A DNA stretch of 64,000 nucleotides from a virus (lineage: Duplodnaviria > Caudoviricetes): the IMG/VR virus record IMGVR_UViG_3300033068_001704, positions 1-64,000 of that record. One strand, written 5' to 3'. A program made the translations under genes and the position numbers. Below the pieces are notes generated by a model, which worked only from the letters and a program-made list of their open reading frames with translations, was not told the origin of the DNA and did no database searches. How positions within the stretch are numbered: position 1 is the stretch's first letter; the number at the start of each line of letters is the position of its first letter. This document shows positions 17,111 to 26,166 of the stretch, one piece after another.

Positions 17111-17611
17111 ATGGCATGGCATCCCATGTCGGATTCGGTTCGAGATCTCGCGGCACGCCATGGCGTCAGCCTCCGGAATCAGTTGACGTGGCGGAAGCAG
17201 ATCTACGACGGCAAGGGCATCGCGTTGTGGTGGTACAACCGAAATCGGAAGCAGGTGCTGCCACTTTCGGACCACGACATCGCACATGACATCGCCCACC
17301 ATGTCGTAGCAGCGCCTGAGCAGCGAGACCTGCCGGAGTACGGGCTCGGCAATCCGTTCGCTGTGTTCGGGGAGACGTTCACGGTGCGCGTCGTAGATGA
17401 TGAGGAGTGTGAGATCCAAGAGTATCTCGCTCAACGTCTGACTTGTCTTTGGGGCCAGCGCTACGGATTCCAGTTCCTGCTCTCAAGCGAGCCGGGCTGG
17501 GAGATCAGGTCCTGGGAAGAGTACGGGGCCTACAAGAACCAACTGCTGATCGAGTCTGGTCGTCTCGACCAGGTAGAGCAGCGTTGGCAGGAGGTTCTGC
17601 CGAGGGTCTAG
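17111..17611 (+). CDS. hypothetical protein with HDIAH motif
   Basis: AAGGAGG SD before ATG 17111. Confidence 0.65.
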   Translation: MAWHPMSDSVRDLAARHGVSLRNQLTWRKQIYDGKGIALWWYNRNRKQVLPLSDHDIAHDIAHHVVAAPEQRDLPEYGLGNPFAVFGETFTVRVVDDEECEIQEYLAQRLTCLWGQRYGFQFLLSSEPGWEIRSWEEYGAYKNQLLIESGRLDQVEQRWQEVLPRV

Positions 17612-17623
17612 GGAGAGTTCACT

Positions 17624-17710
17624 GGAAGGGCTAGCCGATTGGTGACGGCACTTCGTTGGAAACGAAGCGAGCCTGAAAGGGCCTTGCGGGTTCGACCCCC
17701 GCTCCTTCCG
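17624..17710 (+). tRNA. tRNA-Ser(GGA)
   Basis: CTTCG-TTGGAAA-CGAAG, long variable arm. Confidence 0.9.
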
Positions 17711-17751
17711 TTCGTGGGTGCGATGTCGGCTCTATCAAACGGAGACGTAGG

Positions 17752-19068
17752 ATGAGCACGCGACACGCAAGGATCATTGCCCTTTCTCCGGCGACGGTGA
17801 AGGACTTCCGCAACGACTTCCTGACCCTGGTCGGGAACGTCAAGCGAGTGAAGAACTACGACGACGCGTTGAAGCTGAGGGACGGGATCCGCTCGTGGCG
17901 TGACGTGTTCGACGACTGGCTCAAGCAGATCCGATCGGACATCGAGAGCCGCAAGCGAGAGACCCCTGGCAAGGCAGCGCTCCCGGAGCACGAGATCGAC
18001 ACGATGCTCGCGGGGATCAAGCCGGCGTGGGAACTCTCCACCGAGCTGATGAGGTTCCCCCTTCGGGTCTACGACCCGGAGATGGAGCAGTGGCACCCGA
18101 AGTCCAAGCTCTTCGCTGAGTACGCGAAGGAGGTTGGAGCCTGGGACACGCGGATCCGGAAGAAGGCGCCCACCGCCTGGAAGGCGCTGGAGTACGCCGC
18201 GGACTGGGCGACCCGATGGGGCGACGACGCCATCAAGGTGAAGGTCAAGGAGACCCAGAACCTCACGGTCGAGGGGTTCCGCGTCCGGCTCAACGGGTTC
18301 GAGGACGGGGACGTGAGCGGGGAGTTCATGCCCCGCCTGGCAGAGGGTCTCCGCTTCTACCGGGAGCGTGCGAAGAAGGTCCTGCCGCTGCTGATCTCGA
18401 AGCAGCTCCCGTTGGTGGTCAACGCCGACTGGGGCAGCAACGGTGGGGATGCCGCAGCAACCTACGAGCGAGACCACATCTCGCTGAGCCCCTGGGGGCA
18501 TGCCACCAAGGACCTCCGCGGCTTCGCCCACGTGATGGCCCACGAGATGGGTCACCACATCTACAAGACCTACATCTCCGGAGAGTCCGAGAAGGCGTGG
18601 ACCACCTTCATCAAGGGTGGGGAGATCCCGCTCGACCTGAGGGACCTCGCGAAGGCTCTCGCGAAGTACGGCGACAACCCCACGGTCATCGACGACAAGC
18701 TCCGGGCGCAGGATCCGATCCTCGCCCTTCAGTTCGAGGGCTTGCAGGAAGATCGGCGGTACAAGGACCAGGACCTGTTCAACCTTCGGGGTGTCCGGGA
18801 GTACCTGGCCGAGAACAAGGACCCGATCGTCTACGTCAGCCGGAGGCCGATCACCGGGTACGCGCAGAAGAACCCTGAAGAGGCGTTCTGCGAGGTCATC
18901 GGGCTTCTAGTCGGGTACGGCCCGAAGACCGTCCTCCCTGAGGTCGCAGGCTTCGTGAGGTCGATCCTCCCGGAGATCCGTCTCGGGTCGCTTCGGAGAG
19001 AGGTCATCCGCTTGGCTCACGCGAAGCCGGAACTCCGACCCCATCTTCTGCCGCTTCTGAAGCGGTAG
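17752..19068 (+). CDS. zincin-type metallopeptidase with C-terminal LAHxP tag
   Basis: AHEMGHH plus distal YAQKNPEEAFCE; C-term SLRREVIRLAHAKPELRPHLLPLLKR. Confidence 0.75.
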   Translation: MSTRHARIIALSPATVKDFRNDFLTLVGNVKRVKNYDDALKLRDGIRSWRDVFDDWLKQIRSDIESRKRETPGKAALPEHEIDTMLAGIKPAWELSTELMRFPLRVYDPEMEQWHPKSKLFAEYAKEVGAWDTRIRKKAPTAWKALEYAADWATRWGDDAIKVKVKETQNLTVEGFRVRLNGFEDGDVSGEFMPRLAEGLRFYRERAKKVLPLLISKQLPLVVNADWGSNGGDAAATYERDHISLSPWGHATKDLRGFAHVMAHEMGHHIYKTYISGESEKAWTTFIKGGEIPLDLRDLAKALAKYGDNPTVIDDKLRAQDPILALQFEGLQEDRRYKDQDLFNLRGVREYLAENKDPIVYVSRRPITGYAQKNPEEAFCEVIGLLVGYGPKTVLPEVAGFVRSILPEIRLGSLRREVIRLAHAKPELRPHLLPLLKR

Positions 19069-19084
19069 TTCCCGTTCTGTTCCT

Positions 19085-19171
19085 GGAAGAACCAGCCGAT
19101 TGGCGACGGCACTCCGTTCGAAACGGAGCGAACCTGAAAGGGTCTTGGGGGTTCGACTCCCTCTTCTTCCG
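19085..19171 (+). tRNA. tRNA-Ser(CGA)
   Basis: CTCCG-TTCGAAA-CGGAG. Confidence 0.9.
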
Positions 19172-19177
19172 TTCCTC

Positions 19178-19263
19178 GGAGAGTACGTACATTGGCAAGT
19201 ACACCTGGGTTGCTAACCTGGGGCGACCCGAAAGGGCGCGGGGTTCGAATCCTCTGCTCTCCA
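19178..19263 (+). tRNA. tRNA-Ser(GCT)
   Basis: loop TTGCTAA, long variable arm. Confidence 0.8.
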
Positions 19264-19345
19264 TCGTGGATCCGACGTTCCGAGGCGACTGTCGGACGCT
19301 ACAGACAGTCGCGATCCGCGATTTGCTCAATGGTATGGTCTTCCC

Positions 19346-19591
19346 ATGAAGATGCGAGCGCTGTCCCACGAAGAAGTCGAAGAGGCAATCCGTCAATTCG
19401 TGAGGGAGAAGTACGGGGAGGAGGTCGTAGAGGCGGAGCCGACGGGATCGGCCCCCGAGGATCTCCTCAAGACCCAGGGGGAGGTTGGTCTCCTGTTTCC
19501 CAGATGGGAATGGGGGAGCCGGCAGCCGAAGGGTGGCGGGAAGGGTGAGAAGGTCCGAAACTTCTTCCTTGACGTCATCATCAGAGAGTGA
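19346..19591 (+). CDS. small hypothetical protein
   Basis: 81-aa ORF. Confidence 0.5.
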   Translation: MKMRALSHEEVEEAIRQFVREKYGEEVVEAEPTGSAPEDLLKTQGEVGLLFPRWEWGSRQPKGGGKGEKVRNFFLDVIIRE

Positions 19592-19595
19592 ACTT

Positions 19596-19667
19596 GCGGG
19601 TGTAGCTCAGTGGAAGAGCGCCTGGTTGCCATCCAGGAGGCCGAGGGTTCGAACCCCTCTACCCGCT
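19596..19667 (+). tRNA. tRNA-Gly(GCC)
   Basis: CCTGG-TTGCCAT-CCAGG. Confidence 0.92.
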
Positions 19668-19699
19668 CTCGGAGGAATCCTTTTCGGTTGTGATTCCTT

Positions 19700-19771
19700 G
19701 CCCTGATAGCTCAGTGGAAGAGCACCTGTTTTGTAAGCAGGGGGTCGTCGGTTCGAGCCCGACTTGGGGCC
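19700..19771 (+). tRNA. tRNA-Thr(TGT)
   Basis: loop TTTGTAA. Confidence 0.88.
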
Positions 19772-19790
19772 CTGGTTCCAGGTTCGTTTC

Positions 19791-19863
19791 GCCCTCGTAG
19801 CTCAGTTGGAAGAGCGCCGATTTCGTACGTCGGAGGTTGCCGGGTCGGTTCCGGTCGAGGGCT
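19791..19863 (+). tRNA. tRNA-Thr(CGT), degenerate T-loop
   Basis: loop TTCGTAC; T-loop reads GTCGGTT. Confidence 0.75.
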
Positions 19864-19869
19864 CTGTTC

Positions 19870-19941
19870 GGCCCCTTCATCTACGGGTTAGGATTGCGGC
19901 CTTTCAAGTCGCACAACGGGGTTCGAGTCCCCGAGGGGTCA
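19870..19941 (+). tRNA. tRNA-Glu(TTC)
   Basis: loop CTTTCAA. Confidence 0.88.
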
Positions 19942-20013
19942 TCGGGGATCGTCTAGTGGAAGGACGCACGGCCTTGGACCGTGAAGACGGGGGTTCGAAT
20001 CCCTCTCCCCGAA
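19942..20013 (+). tRNA. tRNA-Gln(TTG)
   Basis: CACGG-CCTTGGA-CCGTG. Confidence 0.88.
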
Positions 20014-20042
20014 TCTCGGGGTCTTCGAGGGCGTAACCTCTG

Positions 20043-20318
20043 TTGGAGGTCCTCTTGGGAAACTTGCTCAGGTACTACGTGGAATCCGAGAATGTGGCCT
20101 ACTGGATGTCGGCCGCATCTCTACAGGACGCGAAAACCGCCTTGACGGAATATCTCGGACGCCCTCTTGGGGGTCTTGAGGTTTGGTCCGTACTCGATGA
20201 GGTGGAGCTTCTTCGTCTGAAGGGCGATTTCACTTTTTTCGGGATTCCTCCGGTCTCCCCCAACCTCGTTCCGAGGGTTCTTGGGACCGTCTGGTACGGA
20301 CCTAGACTCTCCAAGTAA
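20043..20318 (+). CDS. hypothetical protein
   Basis: 91-aa ORF, TTG start after GCGTAA. Confidence 0.4.
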   Translation: MEVLLGNLLRYYVESENVAYWMSAASLQDAKTALTEYLGRPLGGLEVWSVLDEVELLRLKGDFTFFGIPPVSPNLVPRVLGTVWYGPRLSK

Positions 20319-20377
20319 GGTCCCGGACCCATTCTTCGCGGGGGTCCACCCCTTCCGGTGGCTGAGTAACGTGGTGG

Positions 20378-21007
20378 ATGGGTTCCGCAATCCTGTTCCA
20401 CGGGCCCGGCTCAGAGGCTGTAGTCCACGACGCCGCGAAGAAGTTCGGGCGCGTCATCCCGTTCGGGGACCCTGGCAGCATCCTCAAGAAGGATGAGGCC
20501 CGGGAGCTGGTCTCGCTGCTGACCCAGACGCCCCTCGGAACGCAGAAGTGGTGCGTGGTGATCGGACCTCTCGACGAGGTTCGCGCCGAGACCGCCGACG
20601 TTCTGCTGAAGACGCTGGAGGAGTTCGACCCGGAGGGGGTTCGCCCGTTCCTGTGGGCGAGGGACCTCGGCAGCGTCATCCCCACGATCCGATCGAGATG
20701 CCTCCAGCAATTCTGCGTTGGGGTGGATGAGCGAGTGGTGATGCGGCGATCGGAAGCCGACAAGCTCCTCTCCTCGTACATCCAGAAGGACTGGTCGGCG
20801 ATCGTCTCGGAGTTGAAGGAGTCCAAGGGGGACGAGGAGTTCGTCCTGCTCGCCATCGTCGAGGCGATTCAGGAGCGGCTCTCGGACGTCAACCTTCAGG
20901 CGGACCTCTTCCTCCTATGGGGTGGGATCCGCGAGCTGTTCTCCACCCGTGAGGCCCCGTTGACCCCGGCCCGAGTCCTCTCGGTGTTCCTGGAGCGTGC
21001 GACGTGA
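20378..21007 (+). CDS. holB: clamp-loader delta-prime-like subunit (short)
   Basis: ADVLLKTLEE and IPTIRSRC (SRC motif). Confidence 0.7.
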   Translation: MGSAILFHGPGSEAVVHDAAKKFGRVIPFGDPGSILKKDEARELVSLLTQTPLGTQKWCVVIGPLDEVRAETADVLLKTLEEFDPEGVRPFLWARDLGSVIPTIRSRCLQQFCVGVDERVVMRRSEADKLLSSYIQKDWSAIVSELKESKGDEEFVLLAIVEAIQERLSDVNLQADLFLLWGGIRELFSTREAPLTPARVLSVFLERAT

Positions 21008-21954
21008 GCGCCTCCGTGCTCATCGTTGGGGGCTCGGACGATTTCCTGCGTCGTCGCCTGATCTCCAAGATCACGACGGCCCGTCGTTCCGAGGGGTGGA
21101 ACGTCCTGGCAGTGGACGGCAAGGAGAAGGGGGCGCTCGACGCGGTGTTCGCAACGTCGATGATGTTCGGTACCCCGACGCTCTGCATCGTAGAGAACGC
21201 GGAGAAGGTCGATCCTGGGGTGATCCGAAGTCAGGTCACGGACCCCGATCCGAACGTGACGGTCGTCCTCGTCACTGAGAGCGACAAGCCCTCGGCCGCA
21301 GTGTTCGAATCGGTCCCGAAGGAGTCGGTGAAGATCTTCACTCTCCCTCCCTTCTACAAGCGCGAGGAGTACGCGACGAACTTCGCGGTCGCCGAGGCGA
21401 AGGCGAGGGGGTGCGTTCTCGACCCCACGCTCGCAGGCGCTCTCGTCAAGAAGGTCGGGGCTGATCTCGGGGTGCTCTCGTTCGAGATCTTGAAGGCAGC
21501 GACGTATGCGGGCCCGGGTACGATCACGGCCGAGCACCTCCGTGAGGTGATGGCGCCTCTGATGGAGGCGGATGGCACGGCCGTCCTCGAAGCTCTCGGA
21601 TCGAAGAACCTGAAGCGGCTCATGCTGGAGATGGCGAAGTACCGGGAGACGCGCGGCGGCGATCCGACGATCGAGCTGTGTGGGCGGATCATCACCCCCG
21701 CGGTCACCCGCTGGCTCCAGGCCGCCCACATGCACCAGTCCGGAATGTCGGCTGGGGCAGGTGCGGGCGCAGTCGGAGCGAATCCCTGGTACTGGGAGCA
21801 CAAGGTCCTGCCGTACGCGGTACGGTGGAGAGTGGGAGGGTGCGCCGCGCTGATCCGAGCCATGGCGCGCGCTCAGACCCTCGTCTTCCAGGGTGCCGTT
21901 TCACCCTGGTCGTATCTGGAATCCTCTGTTTTCGAGCTGGTCCAGACCGGGTAA
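21004..21954 (+). CDS. holA: clamp-loader delta-like subunit
   Basis: SMMFG..LCIVENAE, VGADLGVLSFEILK pattern; length 316 aa. Confidence 0.7.
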   Translation: MSASVLIVGGSDDFLRRRLISKITTARRSEGWNVLAVDGKEKGALDAVFATSMMFGTPTLCIVENAEKVDPGVIRSQVTDPDPNVTVVLVTESDKPSAAVFESVPKESVKIFTLPPFYKREEYATNFAVAEAKARGCVLDPTLAGALVKKVGADLGVLSFEILKAATYAGPGTITAEHLREVMAPLMEADGTAVLEALGSKNLKRLMLEMAKYRETRGGDPTIELCGRIITPAVTRWLQAAHMHQSGMSAGAGAGAVGANPWYWEHKVLPYAVRWRVGGCAALIRAMARAQTLVFQGAVSPWSYLESSVFELVQTG

Positions 21955-22007
21955 AACGGCTTCGATTTCTTGCTTTATCGGCTCGGGTCTGAGCCACCAA
22001 AGCAGAA

Positions 22008-22051
22008 GCGAGCCGCTCCCTCTGGGCGACAGAGGAGCGGCTCGTGTTTTC
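22008..22051 (+). terminator. intrinsic terminator-like hairpin
   Basis: GCGAGCCGCTCC...GGAGCGGCTCGT followed by GTTTT. Confidence 0.55.
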
Positions 22052-22091
22052 TAAATCTCTTCGCCCCAAGACACAACGAGTGGGAGTCCCC

Positions 22092-24020
22092 ATGATCGAA
22101 AAGGGTTTCGCTTTCCCGAATCTCCTCAGCGAGTTCGTCTACACCCGCACCTACAGCCGATGGTTGGAGGAGGAGAAGAGGAGGGAGACCTGGCCGGAGA
22201 CGGTCACCCGCTACGTGGACAACATGTTCGTCGGGAAGAACGTTCCGGACGGGTTCCGGGACGAGGTGTACAACGCCATCCTGAGCTTCGGCGTGATGCC
22301 CTCGATGCGGTCGCTCTGGTGTGCGGGTCCCGCCATGGAGCGAGACAACACGTGCGGGTACAACTGCTCGTTCCTCCCGATCGACAACCTCCGTGCGTTC
22401 TCGGAGGCCCTCTACATCCTCATGCAGGGGACGGGCGTCGGCTTCTCGGTGGAGAGGACGTTCGTGAACAACCTCCCGGTCATCGCGGAGCCGACTGGTT
22501 CCGAGGTGGACTACATGATCGGGGACTCGACCGAGGGGTGGGCGGACGCCGTCTACTTCGGCATGTGCGCGTTCCACCGGGGTGACAAGGTCAAGTTCCA
22601 CTACGACAAGATCCGGCCGAAGGGCGCACGCCTGAAGCTGAAGGGTGGCCGCGCGTCGGGTCACGAGCCGCTCAAGCGGGTCCTCGACTTCGCAGCCGAG
22701 ACGATCGCGAACGCGGCGGGGCGGCATCTCAAGCCGATCGAAGCACACGACATCATGTGCATGATCGCTGAGATCGTGATGGTTGGCGGGTTCCGCCGCG
22801 CGTCTCTGATCTCGTTCTCCGATCCGGACGACGTGGAGATGCGCCACGCGAAGGACTTCAAGAAGGGCAGCTTCCCTGAGATTCGCTACATGGCGAACAA
22901 CTCGGCGGTCTACACCGAGAAGCCCTCGCGGGAGAAGTTCGACCGTGAGTGGACGGCTCTCGCCGAGTCTGGCTCGGGTGAGCGTGGCTTCTACGTCGTC
23001 TCGAAGGGGAAGATCGAGAAGCGTGGGGGGGAGTTCCGCTCGAATCCGTGCGGAGAGATCCTGCTTCGCTTCAAGCGTGCGCTCGATCCGTGGACCGGAG
23101 AGGGTGGCGGAGGGCAGTTCTGCAACCTCACGGCAGCCGTGATGCGTGCGGAAGACACGCTGGAGACGATGGCGGAGAAGGTCAGGATCGCGGCCTGGCT
23201 GGGCGCGGTGCAGTCCAGCTACACGCACTTCCCCTACCTGCGTCCGACGTGGGCAGAGCTGTGCAACGAGGACAGGCTCCTCGGCGTGGACATCACCGGA
23301 CAGTGCGACAACATCGCTCTGTCGGGAGATGAAGAGGCGATGAGCTACCTCAACGCGGTGGCGCGATCGACCGCGATCATCGCGGCGGATGCTCTTGGGA
23401 TCGCACGTCCCGCGGCCGTCACCTGCGGCAAGCCCTCTGGCAACTCGTCTCAGTTCGTGGACTGCGCCTCGGGTTTCCACAAGCGCCACGCGCCGTTCTA
23501 CTTCCGCCACGTGCGGATCTCGGCGAAGGATCCCCTGTTCCGTCTCATCAAGGACTTCGGGGTTCCGGTGTTCAAGGAGAACGGTCAGGCACACCTCCCC
23601 GACAACGAGGTGGATGTCTGGGTCGCACGGTTCCCGGTGCGTGCTCCGGAAGGCGCTCTGACCAGAGACGACGAGACCGCGCTCGAACAGTGCCACCGCT
23701 ACATGAAGATCATGCGGTCGTGGTGCGCAGCCAAGGGCCACAACCAGTCGGCCACGATCTACGTGCGCGAAGAGGAGTGGGGTCCGGTCGGGGACTGGCT
23801 GTACGAGAACTTCGACGAGGTCACCGGTCTCTCGTTCCTCCCGTACGATGGCGGCGTCTACCAGCTCGCCCCGTACGTCGAGATCACGGAGGCCGAGTAC
23901 CTTCAGGCCATGAAGGAGATGCCCGACGTCAACTTCCGGGAGCTGTCGTTCTACGAGACGATGGACGAGGGGTTCGGATCCCAGGAAGCCGCTTGCGTGG
24001 GTGGACACTGCGAGATCTGA
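22092..24020 (+). CDS. nrdJ: class II (adenosylcobalamin-dependent) ribonucleotide reductase
   Basis: YNCSF, NPCGE, FCNL, KPSGN motifs and C-terminal ACVGGHCEI; no small-subunit gene adjacent. Confidence 0.88.
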   Translation: MIEKGFAFPNLLSEFVYTRTYSRWLEEEKRRETWPETVTRYVDNMFVGKNVPDGFRDEVYNAILSFGVMPSMRSLWCAGPAMERDNTCGYNCSFLPIDNLRAFSEALYILMQGTGVGFSVERTFVNNLPVIAEPTGSEVDYMIGDSTEGWADAVYFGMCAFHRGDKVKFHYDKIRPKGARLKLKGGRASGHEPLKRVLDFAAETIANAAGRHLKPIEAHDIMCMIAEIVMVGGFRRASLISFSDPDDVEMRHAKDFKKGSFPEIRYMANNSAVYTEKPSREKFDREWTALAESGSGERGFYVVSKGKIEKRGGEFRSNPCGEILLRFKRALDPWTGEGGGGQFCNLTAAVMRAEDTLETMAEKVRIAAWLGAVQSSYTHFPYLRPTWAELCNEDRLLGVDITGQCDNIALSGDEEAMSYLNAVARSTAIIAADALGIARPAAVTCGKPSGNSSQFVDCASGFHKRHAPFYFRHVRISAKDPLFRLIKDFGVPVFKENGQAHLPDNEVDVWVARFPVRAPEGALTRDDETALEQCHRYMKIMRSWCAAKGHNQSATIYVREEEWGPVGDWLYENFDEVTGLSFLPYDGGVYQLAPYVEITEAEYLQAMKEMPDVNFRELSFYETMDEGFGSQEAACVGGHCEI

Positions 24021-24049
24021 CCGACTCACACTAGCTCTGTGAGGAGACG

Positions 24050-24083
24050 ACCCCGCTACATCGATTGGTGTAGCGGGGTTTTC
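24050..24083 (+). terminator. intrinsic terminator after nrdJ
   Basis: ACCCCGCTACA...TGTAGCGGGGT followed by TTT. Confidence 0.7.
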
Positions 24084-24179
24084 GCGTTTCCGACTATCGC
24101 ACTCACACTGCGAGAAGATGGAGCCGAGTTTGCGGCCCCCACCTCTCAAAAACCCTGCTTTTAGGCTGGAGGGGCGCCG

Positions 24180-24626
24180 ATGACGGGTCGAATCATCATC
24201 CGGGAAACCGATGACACTGATGAGATTCTCCGACTCGATGCTCTGAGTTTCACTGATGGTTCTCCTCCGACCCGAGTCGATCGAGACCGCGTATGGTTGA
24301 TCGCCACAGCGCTCGGTGAGCCTGTCGCCTACGCCGGACTTCGAGTGGTCACAAAGGCAGAAGATCGCGAAGAATTCTGTGGGGAGACAGGAGCTTTCCT
24401 GTGTCGGGCCGGAGTCCTACCGAAATGGCGGGGTCTGGGCCTTCAGAGACGGTTGATCAGACGTAGGGTGGAGATCGCCACCCGATACAACCTGACCCCG
24501 TTCACGTACGTGTACGCGCTCAACCCTTGGAGCGCCAACAACCTCTGGAGGGAGAGGTTTTCGGCATACATGCCGAAGTCTCTCTGGGCCGGAGGCGAAG
24601 TGATCTACTTCCGGAAGGAGTCTTGA
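24180..24626 (+). CDS. GNAT-family acetyltransferase
   Basis: AGVLPKWRGLGLQRRL acetyl-CoA motif, N..SANNL. Confidence 0.8.
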   Translation: MTGRIIIRETDDTDEILRLDALSFTDGSPPTRVDRDRVWLIATALGEPVAYAGLRVVTKAEDREEFCGETGAFLCRAGVLPKWRGLGLQRRLIRRRVEIATRYNLTPFTYVYALNPWSANNLWRERFSAYMPKSLWAGGEVIYFRKES

Positions 24627-26110
24627 TGCCGGTCGCCCCCAAGTACAAGATCGGTTCCATCGAGCATCGCCATTGGGTGGTGTCGTGCGTCATCGACGCC
24701 GCAAATCGACGTGGAACCACGATCTCCGCCATTACCCGAGATCAGATCGAGAACTCCCGTCCGGACGGCGAGATTCGTTGGCCTCACTGGGAAGACTGGT
24801 CTGTCTTCGGTGGGTATCGGAAGCTACGTGCAGACCTAGTAGCTCGTGGTGCTGATGCTGTGATCCACGAGGGTGCGGTTTACGAGCCTACGCCCGTGCG
24901 GGCGGAGGTGCGCCCCCCTACTCCTCTCCCCCCGGCTCCGGTTGTGGTGGTCGATCCGACACCCCTTCCGACTCCGATGCCGGCCCCCGTGGCTTCATCG
25001 GCGCCGATCACGGCGGTAGAGGCTCCCCCGGTCGTCCCCCCGGATGCGCTGGAGATGCACCGAATGCGGTCCGCGCTGGACGATTCGAAGCGCAGGGAGA
25101 AGGAGCTGCTCGGGCGTCTTGACGCTGCCGAGCGTTACCGAGACCATGTGAGCGCGCTCTCGGCGGACGGGACTCCGATCGGCGTTCAGCGCCGTGAAGG
25201 TGTCTTCGGCCTGCGTGAGGCGACGGCCGTTGCGCTCGCGAGCGACTGGCACATCGAAGAGCTGGTGGACCCGGAGACGGTCGGCGGGGTCAACGCGTTC
25301 GACCTCTCGGTCGCAGAGCACAGCGCCCGTCGCTACTTCGAGGGCCTCGTGTGGCTCCTCGAATCCCACAGCCAGGCCTTCTCCATCCGCGACCTCGTTC
25401 TCTGGATCGGTGGAGACATCATCTCCAACACGATCCACGAGGAGCTGCTGGAGTCGAACCTGCTCTCCCCGTTGGTCGCCACGCGGTTCGCGCGCGAGCT
25501 GTTCGTGAAGGGCATCCGGATGCTCCTCGCGGAGACGAACCTCGAACGGATCATCATCCCGTGCAGCTACGGCAACCACGGTCGGACCACCCCGAAGCCG
25601 AGGATCTCGACGGGCGCGTCGAACTCCTACGAGGTCGCCCTCTACCATCAGCTCGCTGATGACTTTCGGGATGAACCGAGGGTTCAGTTCGTCGTCTCCC
25701 GCGGCGAGATCCTGTACCTCAGCATCTACGACCTCACGGTTCGCTTCACGCACGGAGACGCGGTGAAGTACGGCGGCGGGATCGGGGGGATCACCATCCC
25801 GATCAACAAGGCGTTGGCGGGGTGGAACACGGTCCGCCGAGCCGACCTCACGTGCATGGGCCACTGGCACCAGTACATGTCGGCTCGCGGGCTCATCGTG
25901 AACGGTTCGCTCATCGGGTACGGGCCGTTCTCTCAGCGCGTCAAGGCGACGTTCGAGCCTCCCCAGCAGGCGTTCACCCTGATCGACTCGCGCCGCGGCG
26001 TGTGTCAGTCCACGCCGATCTGGGTCCGGGAAGACGACCATGACCCGGTCCTGGACGCAACCGCAACCGACGTGATCAAGCAGCGCCTTCTCTCTGGTGG
26101 CGCGCTCTGA
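24626..26110 (+). CDS. calcineurin-like metallophosphoesterase with Pro-rich linker
   Basis: SDWH, GGD, GNHG, HGD, GHWH motifs. Confidence 0.85.
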   Translation: MPVAPKYKIGSIEHRHWVVSCVIDAANRRGTTISAITRDQIENSRPDGEIRWPHWEDWSVFGGYRKLRADLVARGADAVIHEGAVYEPTPVRAEVRPPTPLPPAPVVVVDPTPLPTPMPAPVASSAPITAVEAPPVVPPDALEMHRMRSALDDSKRREKELLGRLDAAERYRDHVSALSADGTPIGVQRREGVFGLREATAVALASDWHIEELVDPETVGGVNAFDLSVAEHSARRYFEGLVWLLESHSQAFSIRDLVLWIGGDIISNTIHEELLESNLLSPLVATRFARELFVKGIRMLLAETNLERIIIPCSYGNHGRTTPKPRISTGASNSYEVALYHQLADDFRDEPRVQFVVSRGEILYLSIYDLTVRFTHGDAVKYGGGIGGITIPINKALAGWNTVRRADLTCMGHWHQYMSARGLIVNGSLIGYGPFSQRVKATFEPPQQAFTLIDSRRGVCQSTPIWVREDDHDPVLDATATDVIKQRLLSGGAL

Positions 26111-26166
26111 TCTGAGAGCTTCATGAGGGGGGCGTGTCCTGGCACCGAGAGGTGTAAGGACACTGC

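Noticed and set aside
9273-20013. Stop-codon reassignment or suppressor tRNAs
   Set aside because: No CTA/TTA/TCA anticodon found, and genes terminate normally at TGA, TAG and TAA.
21955-22091. Cobalamin riboswitch upstream of nrdJ
   Set aside because: Region is short, lacks the B12-box consensus, and is explained by a simple terminator-like hairpin.
21975-24149. Long minus-strand ORFs (e.g. 21975-24149, 47943-49796, 51416-53155, 27495-28784)
   Set aside because: Antisense shadows of GC3-rich plus-strand genes with recognised motifs; no independent protein signatures.
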